Source: an uncultured Clostridia bacterium (GTDB lineage Bacteria > Bacillota > Clostridia > Oscillospirales > Ruminococcaceae). From it: 48,504 nucleotides of DNA. Made by a program: the position numbers and the translations under genes. This document shows positions 8,832 through 17,453 of the stretch, piece after piece. Below the pieces are notes generated by a model that ran no database searches, had not been told where the DNA came from, and saw only the letters and a list, made by a program, of their open reading frames with translations. The stretch is taken from NCBI GenBank assembly GCA_946563605.1, contig CAMNVW010000001.1, positions 1-48,504 on the forward strand. The letters run 5' to 3'. Position 1 is the stretch's first letter. Each line of letters begins with the position of its first letter.

Positions 8832-9848
8832 ATGAAATACAATTATCAGAACATCGCGATTTCCAAGGATTATTACAAGACTGGAGAGGGATTTTCCAAC
8901 TGTCTGGAAAGACTGGATCCATCCGAACAGTACAGAGGTACAGAGCTTGCCGGTTACGATGCTTTTCAGCGACAGCTCAAACGATTTGACATCAAGGTTT
9001 CCGGTCACGACAGCGATAGATTGCAGAAATTCTTTGCAACCTCCGACAGTGCGGCACTCTTTCCGGAATATGTGTCCCGAGCAGTCAAACAGGGTGTTGA
9101 TGAAAACCATATTTTAAGTGAAATTTGTGCGGCAAACACACAGGTGGAAGGAATGGATTACAGAGCAATCGCTGCCGATCCGAACTGGGAGGAACAGGCA
9201 CCATCCGTCATTGAGGAAGGCGGTGCGATTCCGGAGACTTCCATCCATCTGAAGGACAGCCTGATCAAGCTGAGAAAACGCGGCCGTATGATGGTGGCTT
9301 CTTATGAGGCAATCAAATTCCAGCGTCTCGACCTGTTTACCGTAGCGCTCAAACAGATTGGTGCGTGCATCGGCAAAGCACAGCTGAATGACGCGGTCGA
9401 CGTTCTGATCAACGGAGACGGCAACAGTAATCCGGCGAAGGTTATTACGATTGCGGACACAGACAAGAAAACACTGGTCTACAAAGATCTGCTCAATCTC
9501 TGGGGCAGCTTTGGAGAATATCAGATGAACGTAATGCTCGCCTCCCCTGATATGATGCTCAAACTTTTGCAGGTGAAGGAACTTCAGGATCCGGAAACAG
9601 GACTCAACTTCCAGGCGACCGGCTGTCTTTCCACCCCGCTGGGTGCGAAGCTGTTTGTTTCTTCCGCGGTTCCGAAAGGTAAAATCATTGGTCTGGACAA
9701 GCGTTATGCACTGGAAATGGTGAGCGCCGGCGGCATCAATGTCGAATACGACAAGCTGATCGACTGCCAGATGGAGCGCGCTGCGGTGACTTCCATCACA
9801 GGCTTCTCCAAAATCTTCCCAGACGCAGTGAAGGTACTGAGCGAATAG
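8832..9848 (+). CDS. Major capsid protein (HK97 fold)
   Basis: 338 aa; ALFPEYV, IEEGGAIPET, KRGR...ASYEAI, INGDGN, V.KGKIIGLD; GGAGG RBS before ATG 8832. Confidence 0.85.
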   Translation: MKYNYQNIAISKDYYKTGEGFSNCLERLDPSEQYRGTELAGYDAFQRQLKRFDIKVSGHDSDRLQKFFATSDSAALFPEYVSRAVKQGVDENHILSEICAANTQVEGMDYRAIAADPNWEEQAPSVIEEGGAIPETSIHLKDSLIKLRKRGRMMVASYEAIKFQRLDLFTVALKQIGACIGKAQLNDAVDVLINGDGNSNPAKVITIADTDKKTLVYKDLLNLWGSFGEYQMNVMLASPDMMLKLLQVKELQDPETGLNFQATGCLSTPLGAKLFVSSAVPKGKIIGLDKRYALEMVSAGGINVEYDKLIDCQMERAAVTSITGFSKIFPDAVKVLSE

Positions 9849-9858
9849 AGGAAACACA

Positions 9859-10218
9859 ATGGATGAAAAACTTTTAATGCAGCATTTTTGCCTCATCAGC
9901 GGTTTGACCGCTGATGAGGCGGAACAATGGAAACCGCTGGTCGTTGCCTGCTGGGAGGACTTAAAAGGCAGGCTTCGTCCAAGTGCGGATATTCCCAAAA
10001 ATCAGGAGAGGTTAGCCTTAGCGTGTGCGGCGCTTGCCAACCACCGTTTTCAGACCATTCAAGGCACCGTCTGCGCAAGCGTGAAGGTAGGGGACATCTC
10101 TTTTGCGCAGAGCGACGGCGCTCAGGCGAGAAAGGAGCTGCTCGAAATGGTGGGGGATTTGATTGATTCCCAGGGAATCTGCCTGAAAGGGGTGGAAATA
10201 TGCACTGTGAACAGGTGA
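9859..10218 (+). CDS. Head-tail connector/adaptor
   Basis: Follows the capsid gene; L.LACAALA and SVKVGDIS patterns of gp15/gp6-like adaptors. Confidence 0.6.
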   Translation: MDEKLLMQHFCLISGLTADEAEQWKPLVVACWEDLKGRLRPSADIPKNQERLALACAALANHRFQTIQGTVCASVKVGDISFAQSDGAQARKELLEMVGDLIDSQGICLKGVEICTVNR

Positions 10219-10526
10219 TCCGCCGTTTGATCCGCCGGTGCGGCAGGGTAGTGCAGTTCCCGAGCGGAAGTTTTTTAGCATATCTCAACCCTATTCGAGA
10301 ACGGACAGACAAGCTGATTCCAACCGAATCGGGTATTTTTCACCAAGGCAAGTGGATATTGATTGCATCCTGTGACAAAGAGGATGAGGTGCGCGGCAAC
10401 ACCGTCTTTACAGCCGGAAAGGAAAAGTTTTTATTGGAACGTGTGGAGACGGTCTATTTCCAGAACAAGCCAGCGTACCTTTGGGGACTGGCGGTGAAAG
10501 CACAGGAGGAAAGAGACCATGAATGA
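10200..10526 (+). CDS. Putative head closure protein
   Basis: 108 aa; position and overlap coupling within the neck module. Confidence 0.5.
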   Translation: MHCEQVIRRLIRRCGRVVQFPSGSFLAYLNPIRERTDKLIPTESGIFHQGKWILIASCDKEDEVRGNTVFTAGKEKFLLERVETVYFQNKPAYLWGLAVKAQEERDHE

Positions 10527-11001
10527 GTTTTCACAGATCTTAACACTTTTAAAACAGGAGCTTTGTGCCTGTGACAAGGAACTGAAGGTTCTCAGCGCGT
10601 TTGCGAATCTGCCGCGGCAGAATCCACAGCACAGCAAATTTGCCGTAGTGGGTATCCAGAAGGTGGCGCTGACGCCAATCGGACTGGAAAACTATTACGG
10701 GGATGAAAAGCTGCCGTTTGGCAGAAAGGCGCAGGTGTATTTAAAGGTATCCTTTTGCTGCAAAAGCGGCGAGGAGTGTTGGAAATTATGGGAAAGCTGT
10801 GCGCAGCGGCTAATCTTTTCAAAGGAACTAAAAGTGGGGCAGATTGAATGCGGAGAGGTTTCCTGGCAGAAGGATTGGGGCGGCATGGTGCTGCCGGTCA
10901 AGCTCTGCTGCGACTTTATCATCAGCGGTGCAGCGGATGAGAGTCCGTCAGGAATCCATCCCGACAGCTTTCAGATTATCAGGAAAGGGGTTATCGGATG
11001 A
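10519..11001 (+). CDS. Putative tail terminator / neck protein
   Basis: 160 aa, immediately before the sheath gene. Confidence 0.5.
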   Translation: MNEFSQILTLLKQELCACDKELKVLSAFANLPRQNPQHSKFAVVGIQKVALTPIGLENYYGDEKLPFGRKAQVYLKVSFCCKSGEECWKLWESCAQRLIFSKELKVGQIECGEVSWQKDWGGMVLPVKLCCDFIISGAADESPSGIHPDSFQIIRKGVIG

Positions 11002-12062
11002 GAAAAACCTATCGTCCGGGAGTATATTCCCAATATGACGTCGTCAGCAGACAGAAGCGCTATGAGGGCAAATACGCGCTTTTCTGCGGCGGCGCAAAGG
11101 TAAAGGAAGAGAAAAATTTGCCGGCAGGCGGCGTGGTGCAGCTGCGTTCATTGCAGGAGCTGAACGAGTATTTTGTGCCGGAAGATGCAGGAGAGGTGTT
11201 TAACGCGGTGTGCTCCATCCTGCTTAGCAGCGGCGTATCGAGTGTGTATGTTGTGCCAATCACCATTGACGGCTCTGTGCCGACAAAACAGCAGTACACA
11301 GCGGCGATTCAAAAGCTTTGTGAAATCAAGTGCAGCGGCGTGATTTTATGCGACAGCACCGACGCGGACGTTTTGAAAGTATTGTGCGAAAAAGCGCAGG
11401 ATGCTTCCCAAAATGAACGGGAAAAGATTGCGGTTGGCGGTGCAGCAAAGCAGACAGGCGTACAGACCGCGCAGTCCATCAACCACGAAAGAATGGTTTT
11501 ATGTGCGCAGGCGGGTACGAGCGTCTTTTCCGAAAGCTCGTCGGTGCTTTTTACTGCGGCGGCGTTAGCCGGAATATTGGCGGTTGCTGAGCCGGATGCA
11601 AGCTTTCACGGGACAAGACTGGAACTGCTGACCGACATAGAGGCTTTGGAAGAAGAGGAAATCGAAGCATTTTTCGGCGGCGGTGTAACGCCTTTGGAAG
11701 AAAACGATACGGCGGTAGAGTGTATCCGCTGTGTAACGACAAGGACAAAAACAAACGGTGAAACGGACAGGACCTTTGCTTCGGTCAATGTGGTGATGAT
11801 GATCGACGATATGATTCGTTCGATGCGCGTACAGCTGAGCGGTCTGCTGAAAGGCAGCAGAGCAGGACTTTCTGAGGACAGTGTTGCTTCCCAGGCGGCG
11901 GTGGTCTTAGACGAAAAAATGCAGCGTGGAATCATCACCGCCTTTGAGCCGCCGGTGGTTTACACGCAGGAGGATGATCCGACCGTCTGCGTCGTGGAAC
12001 TGGAATTCCGTCTTGCAACGGTACTGAGTCAGATTTATCTGACCGCGCACATTTCGATTTAA
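10998..12062 (+). CDS. Contractile tail sheath protein
   Basis: N-terminal RPGVY; C-terminal GGVTPLE..., IRCVTT, V..IDDM and DDPT...V pattern of sheath proteins; 354 aa. Confidence 0.85.
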   Translation: MRKTYRPGVYSQYDVVSRQKRYEGKYALFCGGAKVKEEKNLPAGGVVQLRSLQELNEYFVPEDAGEVFNAVCSILLSSGVSSVYVVPITIDGSVPTKQQYTAAIQKLCEIKCSGVILCDSTDADVLKVLCEKAQDASQNEREKIAVGGAAKQTGVQTAQSINHERMVLCAQAGTSVFSESSSVLFTAAALAGILAVAEPDASFHGTRLELLTDIEALEEEEIEAFFGGGVTPLEENDTAVECIRCVTTRTKTNGETDRTFASVNVVMMIDDMIRSMRVQLSGLLKGSRAGLSEDSVASQAAVVLDEKMQRGIITAFEPPVVYTQEDDPTVCVVELEFRLATVLSQIYLTAHISI

Positions 12063-12073
12063 GGAGGAAGAAT

Positions 12074-12448
12074 ATGGCGTTGGTTTCGATTCCGACAAGT
12101 GCGGATATTTACATTGAGGTAAACGGAAGAAAGGTAGCCGCCGCGCAGAGCTACAAGGTGAAATCCTCACGCGAAAGCAAGTACATCGAAGCGTTTGGCA
12201 GCAAGGAGCCGGTCGGCACCGTGGGCGGCAGAGTAAAACACTGGATCGAGCTGTCGAGGGTATGCTTATGCCAGAGCGAAGGAATTGACTTTTATGATTT
12301 AAGCGGCTTCAATCTGGTGGTAGTGCGTCCAGACTGCAAGATTATCTACTCGGGGTGCGAGTGGTCGGACATTACGCAGGCGGCTTCGGTAGGCGAGGTG
12401 ATCCTGGAAAAGGTGAGCCTTGTGGCAAGCAGAAGAATCAAGATTTAG
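12074..12448 (+). CDS. Tail tube protein
   Basis: 124 aa directly after the sheath; IYIEVNG.KV, IYSGCEW. Confidence 0.7.
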   Translation: MALVSIPTSADIYIEVNGRKVAAAQSYKVKSSRESKYIEAFGSKEPVGTVGGRVKHWIELSRVCLCQSEGIDFYDLSGFNLVVVRPDCKIIYSGCEWSDITQAASVGEVILEKVSLVASRRIKI

Positions 12449-12458
12449 GAGGAAACGG

Positions 12459-12770
12459 ATGGCGGCAGTTTGGAACAGGTTATCGGCGGCAGAAGAACTT
12501 TGCTTACAGACACAGGCGGAGCAGGGTTTTGAGTATTTATGTTTCCTTTGCGGAAAAGACAGGACAAGGCAGGAAAAAGAAGGCCTATGGGCGTTAGCAA
12601 ACAACGCGGCGGTCATCTGCCTTGCGATGAAAGAGGGAAACCGGCAGGTATTTTACAGTGCGCGCGAGGTACTGGAAAGCTTGAGTCTGCAAAAAATTGC
12701 CGCCTTAGCGCGAGAATATCATCAGGAGATGGAAGGAGAGGAGGAAACCGTTTGCGCATCGAGGGATTAG
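12459..12770 (+). CDS. Putative tail assembly chaperone
   Basis: ATG 12459 after AGGAGG; 103 aa, helical; follows the tube gene. Confidence 0.55.
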   Translation: MAAVWNRLSAAEELCLQTQAEQGFEYLCFLCGKDRTRQEKEGLWALANNAAVICLAMKEGNRQVFYSAREVLESLSLQKIAALAREYHQEMEGEEETVCASRD

Positions 12771-13153
12771 AAGAAAACAAAAGCGTTTTTATGCAGAGCC
12801 GATTTTTTTCAGAGCTGCCGGAGGAGATGGGTGCAGTTCAGGAACAGAAAAATGCAGTTTTTGAGGAAATCCTGCCGGAGCAAAGGTCGCAGGAAGTAAG
12901 ATATGTGGAGATGGGCGGTGAGATTCCACGGAGCGCCGGCGTACAGCCTAAAACAAGCACAGGGTTTGAGGAAAACAGGAGCGCCGGCGTAAACACCGGC
13001 GGCACAGAAATAGAAAATGTGACAGTTCAGCAGGAAATTGCGCCGCTGGAAGGGCAAGCTGATATCCAGCAGATTTCGGACGAGCTGGAACGGCTTTCTC
13101 AGAGGTATGGCAGAAGAATGGAGGAGTGGCTGTATGACCAATCTTCGCTTTAA
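12752..13153 (+). CDS. Small acidic protein at the tape-measure position
   Basis: TTG 12752 after GAGGAGG; 133 aa, Glu/Gln-rich, with a 48-nt-spaced internal repeat (RSAGV). Confidence 0.55.
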   Translation: MRIEGLEENKSVFMQSRFFSELPEEMGAVQEQKNAVFEEILPEQRSQEVRYVEMGGEIPRSAGVQPKTSTGFEENRSAGVNTGGTEIENVTVQQEIAPLEGQADIQQISDELERLSQRYGRRMEEWLYDQSSL

Positions 13154-13487
13154 GGAATATGTTTTTCGGAACAATCCGCGCAAGCTGGTGCTGAAACATC
13201 AGCAGGAGGTCATGTCGGTCTGCTGTTACGGCTTAGGAAGAACATTGCAGCAGCTGGGAAAAGGACTGACCATAGTGGAGGGCGAAGGAGAATTATTTGG
13301 AGAGGACGCTCTTGAGCAGTTTACGGCGCTGAAAAAACTGATGCAGCAGGGCGGCAGCGGCGTCTTATGCGGTGCAGGCTTAGAGCCAATGAAGGCGGTA
13401 TTTGAAAGTTTACAGATGATTGGCAAGGGCGGCGATGAGACCATCAGTTACAGCTTTCGGTTTACACAGGACAGAGGTGAGGCGTAA
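13134..13487 (+). CDS. Putative tail tube initiator / baseplate hub N-terminal-type protein
   Basis: ATG 13134 after GGAGGAG; F..NP, QQLG, GEGELFGEDA and YSFRF pattern; position before the hub gene. Confidence 0.55.
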   Translation: MTNLRFKEYVFRNNPRKLVLKHQQEVMSVCCYGLGRTLQQLGKGLTIVEGEGELFGEDALEQFTALKKLMQQGGSGVLCGAGLEPMKAVFESLQMIGKGGDETISYSFRFTQDRGEA

Positions 13488-14402
13488 ATGGAGCTGGACT
13501 TTTTTCTGGAGACGCTGGACCAAAAGCGCAGAAAGCAAAAAAATCCTGTGGAGTTTTCCTGCGTTTCCTCGGTCGACACACCGGCGGACAGCTTAAAGGC
13601 GGTGTTTTTGATAGCCTCGCCGCAGGAATGGGAGCAGGAGATTGCACAGATCGAGGTACAGTTGGACGGCAAGAGAATCTTTCACGGGAACTGTGACCGG
13701 CAAATCGTCAGCATGGGACAAAACGGGTGCCGCCTGACGATATGGGGCAGGTCAGACGCGGCGGTCTTACTGGACAACGAAGCGATTCCACAGGAATACA
13801 GCCGCGTTTCGCTCAACGAAATGTTTTGCAGGCATCTGGAGCCCTACGGCTTTCAAAGTCAATTTCCACCTGAAGTACAGGGTGTACTGACCGATTACCG
13901 CGTGGGAAAAGGTGTGAGCGAATGGGAAGCATTTTGTACATTTTGCCAGCGTGCAGTGAAGATGACGCCATACGTCTATCTTTTGAAGGTGTCGTTTTTG
14001 ACACGAGGTCGGGGACAGCACATCATTACGCCGCAGAACAGCATGGTGAAACAAATCAGCAAAAGCACACGGCGCAGCGAGGTCATCTCGGAGACGCTGA
14101 TTCGCGACGAACTGGGAAGATACAGTTCACAGGTCACGAACGAACAGGCAAAGGAATTGAAGATCAAACGCAGAAGATGCCTGATTCCATCAGCGCAGTG
14201 GGCTCAGCCTGCGGCGGATGCGCGCATCAAGATGGAGCAGTCGATGCGCGGCAGAGTGCGATGGGAAATTGAGCTTGCTGAGGTTTTGGACTGGGAACTG
14301 GGTGAAGAAGTGGTTTTTTCGGAATATTTCCGAGGAAATATTGTTCATCGGGAAATCGGATTTTCCCAAAAGGGCGGCTTTACCCGATTGTTTATAGAAT
14401 AG
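13488..14402 (+). CDS. Baseplate hub protein (XkdQ / Mu gp44-like)
   Basis: DTPADS, IFHGNCD, GRSDAAVLLDNEA, G.SEWE; 304 aa. Confidence 0.7.
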   Translation: MELDFFLETLDQKRRKQKNPVEFSCVSSVDTPADSLKAVFLIASPQEWEQEIAQIEVQLDGKRIFHGNCDRQIVSMGQNGCRLTIWGRSDAAVLLDNEAIPQEYSRVSLNEMFCRHLEPYGFQSQFPPEVQGVLTDYRVGKGVSEWEAFCTFCQRAVKMTPYVYLLKVSFLTRGRGQHIITPQNSMVKQISKSTRRSEVISETLIRDELGRYSSQVTNEQAKELKIKRRRCLIPSAQWAQPAADARIKMEQSMRGRVRWEIELAEVLDWELGEEVVFSEYFRGNIVHREIGFSQKGGFTRLFIE

Positions 14403-14497
14403 AAAACGGATTCTGGTGATTTCCCGGGAAATAGCGGTCGTCGGGAAAATGATGTTAAGTTGAATACAGCTTTATAAAGCAGAAAGGGGAAAAAAGA

Positions 14498-14842
14498 ATG
14501 TGGCTTGCAAAGCAATCTTCTGCGAAAATGCAGGAGGAAACCAAAAACAACAGTGAAGCGCCGGCAAAAACCATCTGCGCCAAAAGCGGCGAACGGTTTG
14601 TGGTGGGTGCGAGCGAATATCGCACCCTGCCGGTCTGTGCGCCATATGGGATTTATACAAAGCCTCCGCAGGGCGAAGAACTGCTGATTTTATCTGCGCC
14701 GAGCGGGGAAATCTGTTTGGGAGCAGTTGGGAATCCAAAAGAGGAGCTGCTTGCCGGAGAGATTTTGCTTTGTTCCTCTGGCGGGGCAAGCATCCGGTTG
14801 TGCAACAACGGGAAAATCCTGCTCAACGGAAAAGAAATCTAA
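14498..14842 (+). CDS. Baseplate spike-like protein (Mu gp45-like)
   Basis: APYGI..KPP.GE, GEI.L.S.GGA.I.L...GKI..NG. Confidence 0.65.
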   Translation: MWLAKQSSAKMQEETKNNSEAPAKTICAKSGERFVVGASEYRTLPVCAPYGIYTKPPQGEELLILSAPSGEICLGAVGNPKEELLAGEILLCSSGGASIRLCNNGKILLNGKEI

Positions 14843-14863
14843 CAACGAGGGAGGTTCATTTTT

Positions 14864-15229
14864 TTGGACACTTTTTTATATCACGGCGACCACAAAAGAG
14901 ATGAACGGGGATTTGTGCAGGGTATCAGCGGTGCATCCGAAGCAATTCAGCAGGCGATGATCCGTTTATCGGTGCCAAAAGGAAATTTTGGACTGGATAA
15001 ACAGCTGGGCAGCCGATTGCACACGCTGGGCAGCGCATTGAGTAAAAATCAGGAGGAGCTGGCGCTGGAATACGCGCGGGAGGCTGTCTTGGAGGTGCCG
15101 GATATTCGCGTTATATCCGCGAAAAAGGTTTCGGGAGATGCAGAAAATCTTGTGCTGGAATTTCAGCTGGAATACAACGGCGAAGAGGTTCCGGAAAAGT
15201 TTCAGGTTATGTGGGAAATGAATTTTTAA
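14864..15229 (+). CDS. Baseplate wedge protein (gp25/gp46-like)
   Basis: QQAMIRL...KG.F..D..LGSRLH, YAREA; TTG start after GGGAGG. Confidence 0.7.
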   Translation: MDTFLYHGDHKRDERGFVQGISGASEAIQQAMIRLSVPKGNFGLDKQLGSRLHTLGSALSKNQEELALEYAREAVLEVPDIRVISAKKVSGDAENLVLEFQLEYNGEEVPEKFQVMWEMNF

Positions 15230-15247
15230 CGAAAGGGGCGAAGCAGG

Positions 15248-16321
15248 ATGGAAGAAAATTTTGAGGGTTTTTTAGCGCAGATGCAGCAAAGCTATGAAAA
15301 ACTGGCAGGGATGCAGGCAGATGATGCTTCTGACATCGGTATCCGCTTTAAGATTCTGGCGGAGCAGTTGGCGATTTTCAGCGAAGAGCTTGCACAGGTG
15401 CGCAAGCAGTCCTTTGTGCAGACAGCGGACGGGGAATATCTGGAAATGCACGCGCAGCAAAGGGGAATCTACCGCAAGGAGGCAACCTTTGCAAAAGGCA
15501 GCGTCACATTTTCGCGTTCCAGTGCGGCGGTGTCGGATATCGAGATTCCATCAGGGGTATATCTGACCTGCAGTTCCTTCGGCGGCACCGCAGGGCTGCG
15601 TTTTGTCACCACCGAAGCAGCGACGCTCAAACAGGGTCAAACCAGTGTTGCCGTGTCGGTGCAGTGTCAGACGGCAGGCAGCATCGGCAACCTTGCAGCA
15701 GGGGTATTGGATGTGATGATCACACCGGTACAAGGAATCACCGCTGTGAAGAATCCGAATCCCATCAGCTCGGGGGAGGATGCGGAAAGCGACGAATCGC
15801 TGCGTCAGCGATTGCTGGACAGCTATCACAACATTGTAAACGGAACAAACAGCGCGTTTTATTATCATATGGCGATGCAGTATCCGGGTGTTTCCTCGGT
15901 GAAGATTTTGCCGAGGGTGAATGGGGTCAATACAGTCGGAATCGTTCTTTACGGCTCGGGCGTAGACGACCAGCTGATTCAGAAGGTGAAGACGGAAATC
16001 GGACAGCTCAAGGAAATCAACGTGGATTTGACAGTAGAAAAAGCCTCTGCCAAGTCAACGGCGGTTTCGATACAGATTGCGGTTGGCGAGGGTTACAGCT
16101 ATGCCGATGTCAGCGCAATCTGCGAAGATGCAGTGGAAGAATATCTGAAAAAACAGAAGATCGGTCAGCCGCTTTATCCGGCGCTTTTGGTGAGGGAGAT
16201 TTTAAACTGCGAAGGGGTAGCCAACTGCAAGGTAGTGTCGCCGTCGGCAGACCTGTATCCGTTGGAAAAAGAAGTGTTTGTATTATCCGGTTGTACGGTG
16301 AGCCAGATGGAACGGCAGTAA
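15248..16321 (+). CDS. Baseplate J / gp47-like protein
   Basis: TADGEYLE.HA..RGI.RK.A..A.G.V.F, AGSIGN, GEDAESDESLRQR. Confidence 0.9.
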   Translation: MEENFEGFLAQMQQSYEKLAGMQADDASDIGIRFKILAEQLAIFSEELAQVRKQSFVQTADGEYLEMHAQQRGIYRKEATFAKGSVTFSRSSAAVSDIEIPSGVYLTCSSFGGTAGLRFVTTEAATLKQGQTSVAVSVQCQTAGSIGNLAAGVLDVMITPVQGITAVKNPNPISSGEDAESDESLRQRLLDSYHNIVNGTNSAFYYHMAMQYPGVSSVKILPRVNGVNTVGIVLYGSGVDDQLIQKVKTEIGQLKEINVDLTVEKASAKSTAVSIQIAVGEGYSYADVSAICEDAVEEYLKKQKIGQPLYPALLVREILNCEGVANCKVVSPSADLYPLEKEVFVLSGCTVSQMERQ

Positions 16322-16335
16322 TGGAGAGATAGCAA

Positions 16336-16941
16336 ATGGATTGTAGAAAACGAAGGTACGCCAGAATGCGCTCACTACATCTTTATCAATTCCCCAAAAA
16401 GGAAAAATCGCTGGTGGAATGTGAACTGGAAAGCTATTTAAGTGTGCTGGAGCCGTTGATGGAAGAGCTTGCGCGGCTGAAAAAGGACGTTTTTATTGCG
16501 CAGTGCGGCGAAGAACGGCTTGCGGAATTTGAAAGATTGCTGGCAATTCCGGTCAACCACGATATTCCAACCCAAAAGCGGCGGGAGATCGCCCAAAGCA
16601 AAATGGCAATCGGGGTGAATGATTTTTGCCGAGAGGGCTTAGAGCGCGCGCTAAATGCCATCGGTATCAAGGCAAAGGTGGAAGAAACGCCTGGCGGTGG
16701 AAATATCATCGTGACAGCAAAGGAAATGGCAGACAACACCATGACGCTGGATCAGGCAAAACAGGCGTTCAACGCACTGATGCCGGCGCATTTGACGGCA
16801 GAATTTGTCACCGGCGGTTTAAGCTATCAGGAATTTGACAGCCTTGACAAGACCTTTGCGGAATTGGATCAGATGGACAAAAACTGGTCACAGTTGGAAA
16901 TGATGGGAATGGAAGAATGGCAGGAGGTTCAGAATGTCTAG
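16336..16941 (+). CDS. Baseplate wedge protein (YmfQ / DUF2313 / gp48-like)
   Basis: L..FERLLAI...RR, C-terminal PAHL motif; follows the J gene. Confidence 0.75.
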   Translation: MDCRKRRYARMRSLHLYQFPKKEKSLVECELESYLSVLEPLMEELARLKKDVFIAQCGEERLAEFERLLAIPVNHDIPTQKRREIAQSKMAIGVNDFCREGLERALNAIGIKAKVEETPGGGNIIVTAKEMADNTMTLDQAKQAFNALMPAHLTAEFVTGGLSYQEFDSLDKTFAELDQMDKNWSQLEMMGMEEWQEVQNV

Positions 16942-17410
16942 TACATACAAAACAAGCCATCTGGGGCTTAACAAGTTTATTGGAACGGACAAGCCAAAGA
17001 TGGACGATTTTAATTTTGACAACGAGACGATTGATGCAAAATTTCAGGAACATATAGAATCGGATCTCCACATTACTGAGGCGGAACGTCAACTGTTGGG
17101 AAAAAGCAATTACACGATTGGAACCTATACTGGCGACGATGCCTCCAGCAGGAATATTGACGTAGGCTTCGATGTGGAGTTTGGATTGGTCTTTGCACAG
17201 GGAGAGCCGGTAATCCAGGCTGCTTCCGGCAATATAACCAATATTTATTCGGGAATCATAACACAGACGGGCAGCAGCAAGGGTGTTATTGTCCAGCCAA
17301 ACGGGTTCAAAGTCACCCAGTTAAACACGACTCCGCCGGATGGCAAAAAGATGATGCTCAATCAGAGCGGAAAAGTCTATATTTATATTGTGTTCCCGAA
17401 AAAGAATTAA
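16934..17410 (+). CDS. Short tail fibre / receptor-binding-like protein
   Basis: N-terminal KT..LGLNKF..TD.P..DDFN.DN..ID fibre-attachment pattern; GTYTGD...IDVGF; only 158 aa. Confidence 0.6.
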   Translation: MSSTYKTSHLGLNKFIGTDKPKMDDFNFDNETIDAKFQEHIESDLHITEAERQLLGKSNYTIGTYTGDDASSRNIDVGFDVEFGLVFAQGEPVIQAASGNITNIYSGIITQTGSSKGVIVQPNGFKVTQLNTTPPDGKKMMLNQSGKVYIYIVFPKKN

Positions 17411-17411
17411 A

Positions 17412-17448
17412 AAAACAGCTTTCAGGATAAAATCCTGAAAGCTGTTTT
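17412..17448. terminator. Bidirectional terminator between the phage-like cluster and ftsK
   Basis: AAAACAGCTTTCAGGAT-aaa-ATCCTGAAAGCTGTTTT perfect 17-bp stem. Confidence 0.9.
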
Positions 17449-17453
17449 AAGTG

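Larger units (their letters stand above)
4482..17410 (+). other. GTA-like / domesticated phage head + contractile-tail morphogenesis cluster (~20 genes)
   Basis: Contiguous, translationally coupled terminase-portal-protease-capsid-neck-sheath-tube-baseplate-fibre genes; no integrase, replication, repressor, lysis or long tape-measure ORF; terminators on both sides. Confidence 0.8.

Noticed and set aside
4482-17410. Intact temperate prophage
   Set aside because: No integrase, att repeats, immunity, replication or lysis genes, and both flanks are host genes. A decayed prophage remnant cannot be fully excluded without comparative data.
10998-17410. Tailocin / extracellular contractile injection system
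   Set aside because: Terminase, portal, protease and capsid genes are intact and coupled upstream; no effector or AAA ATPase gene is present.
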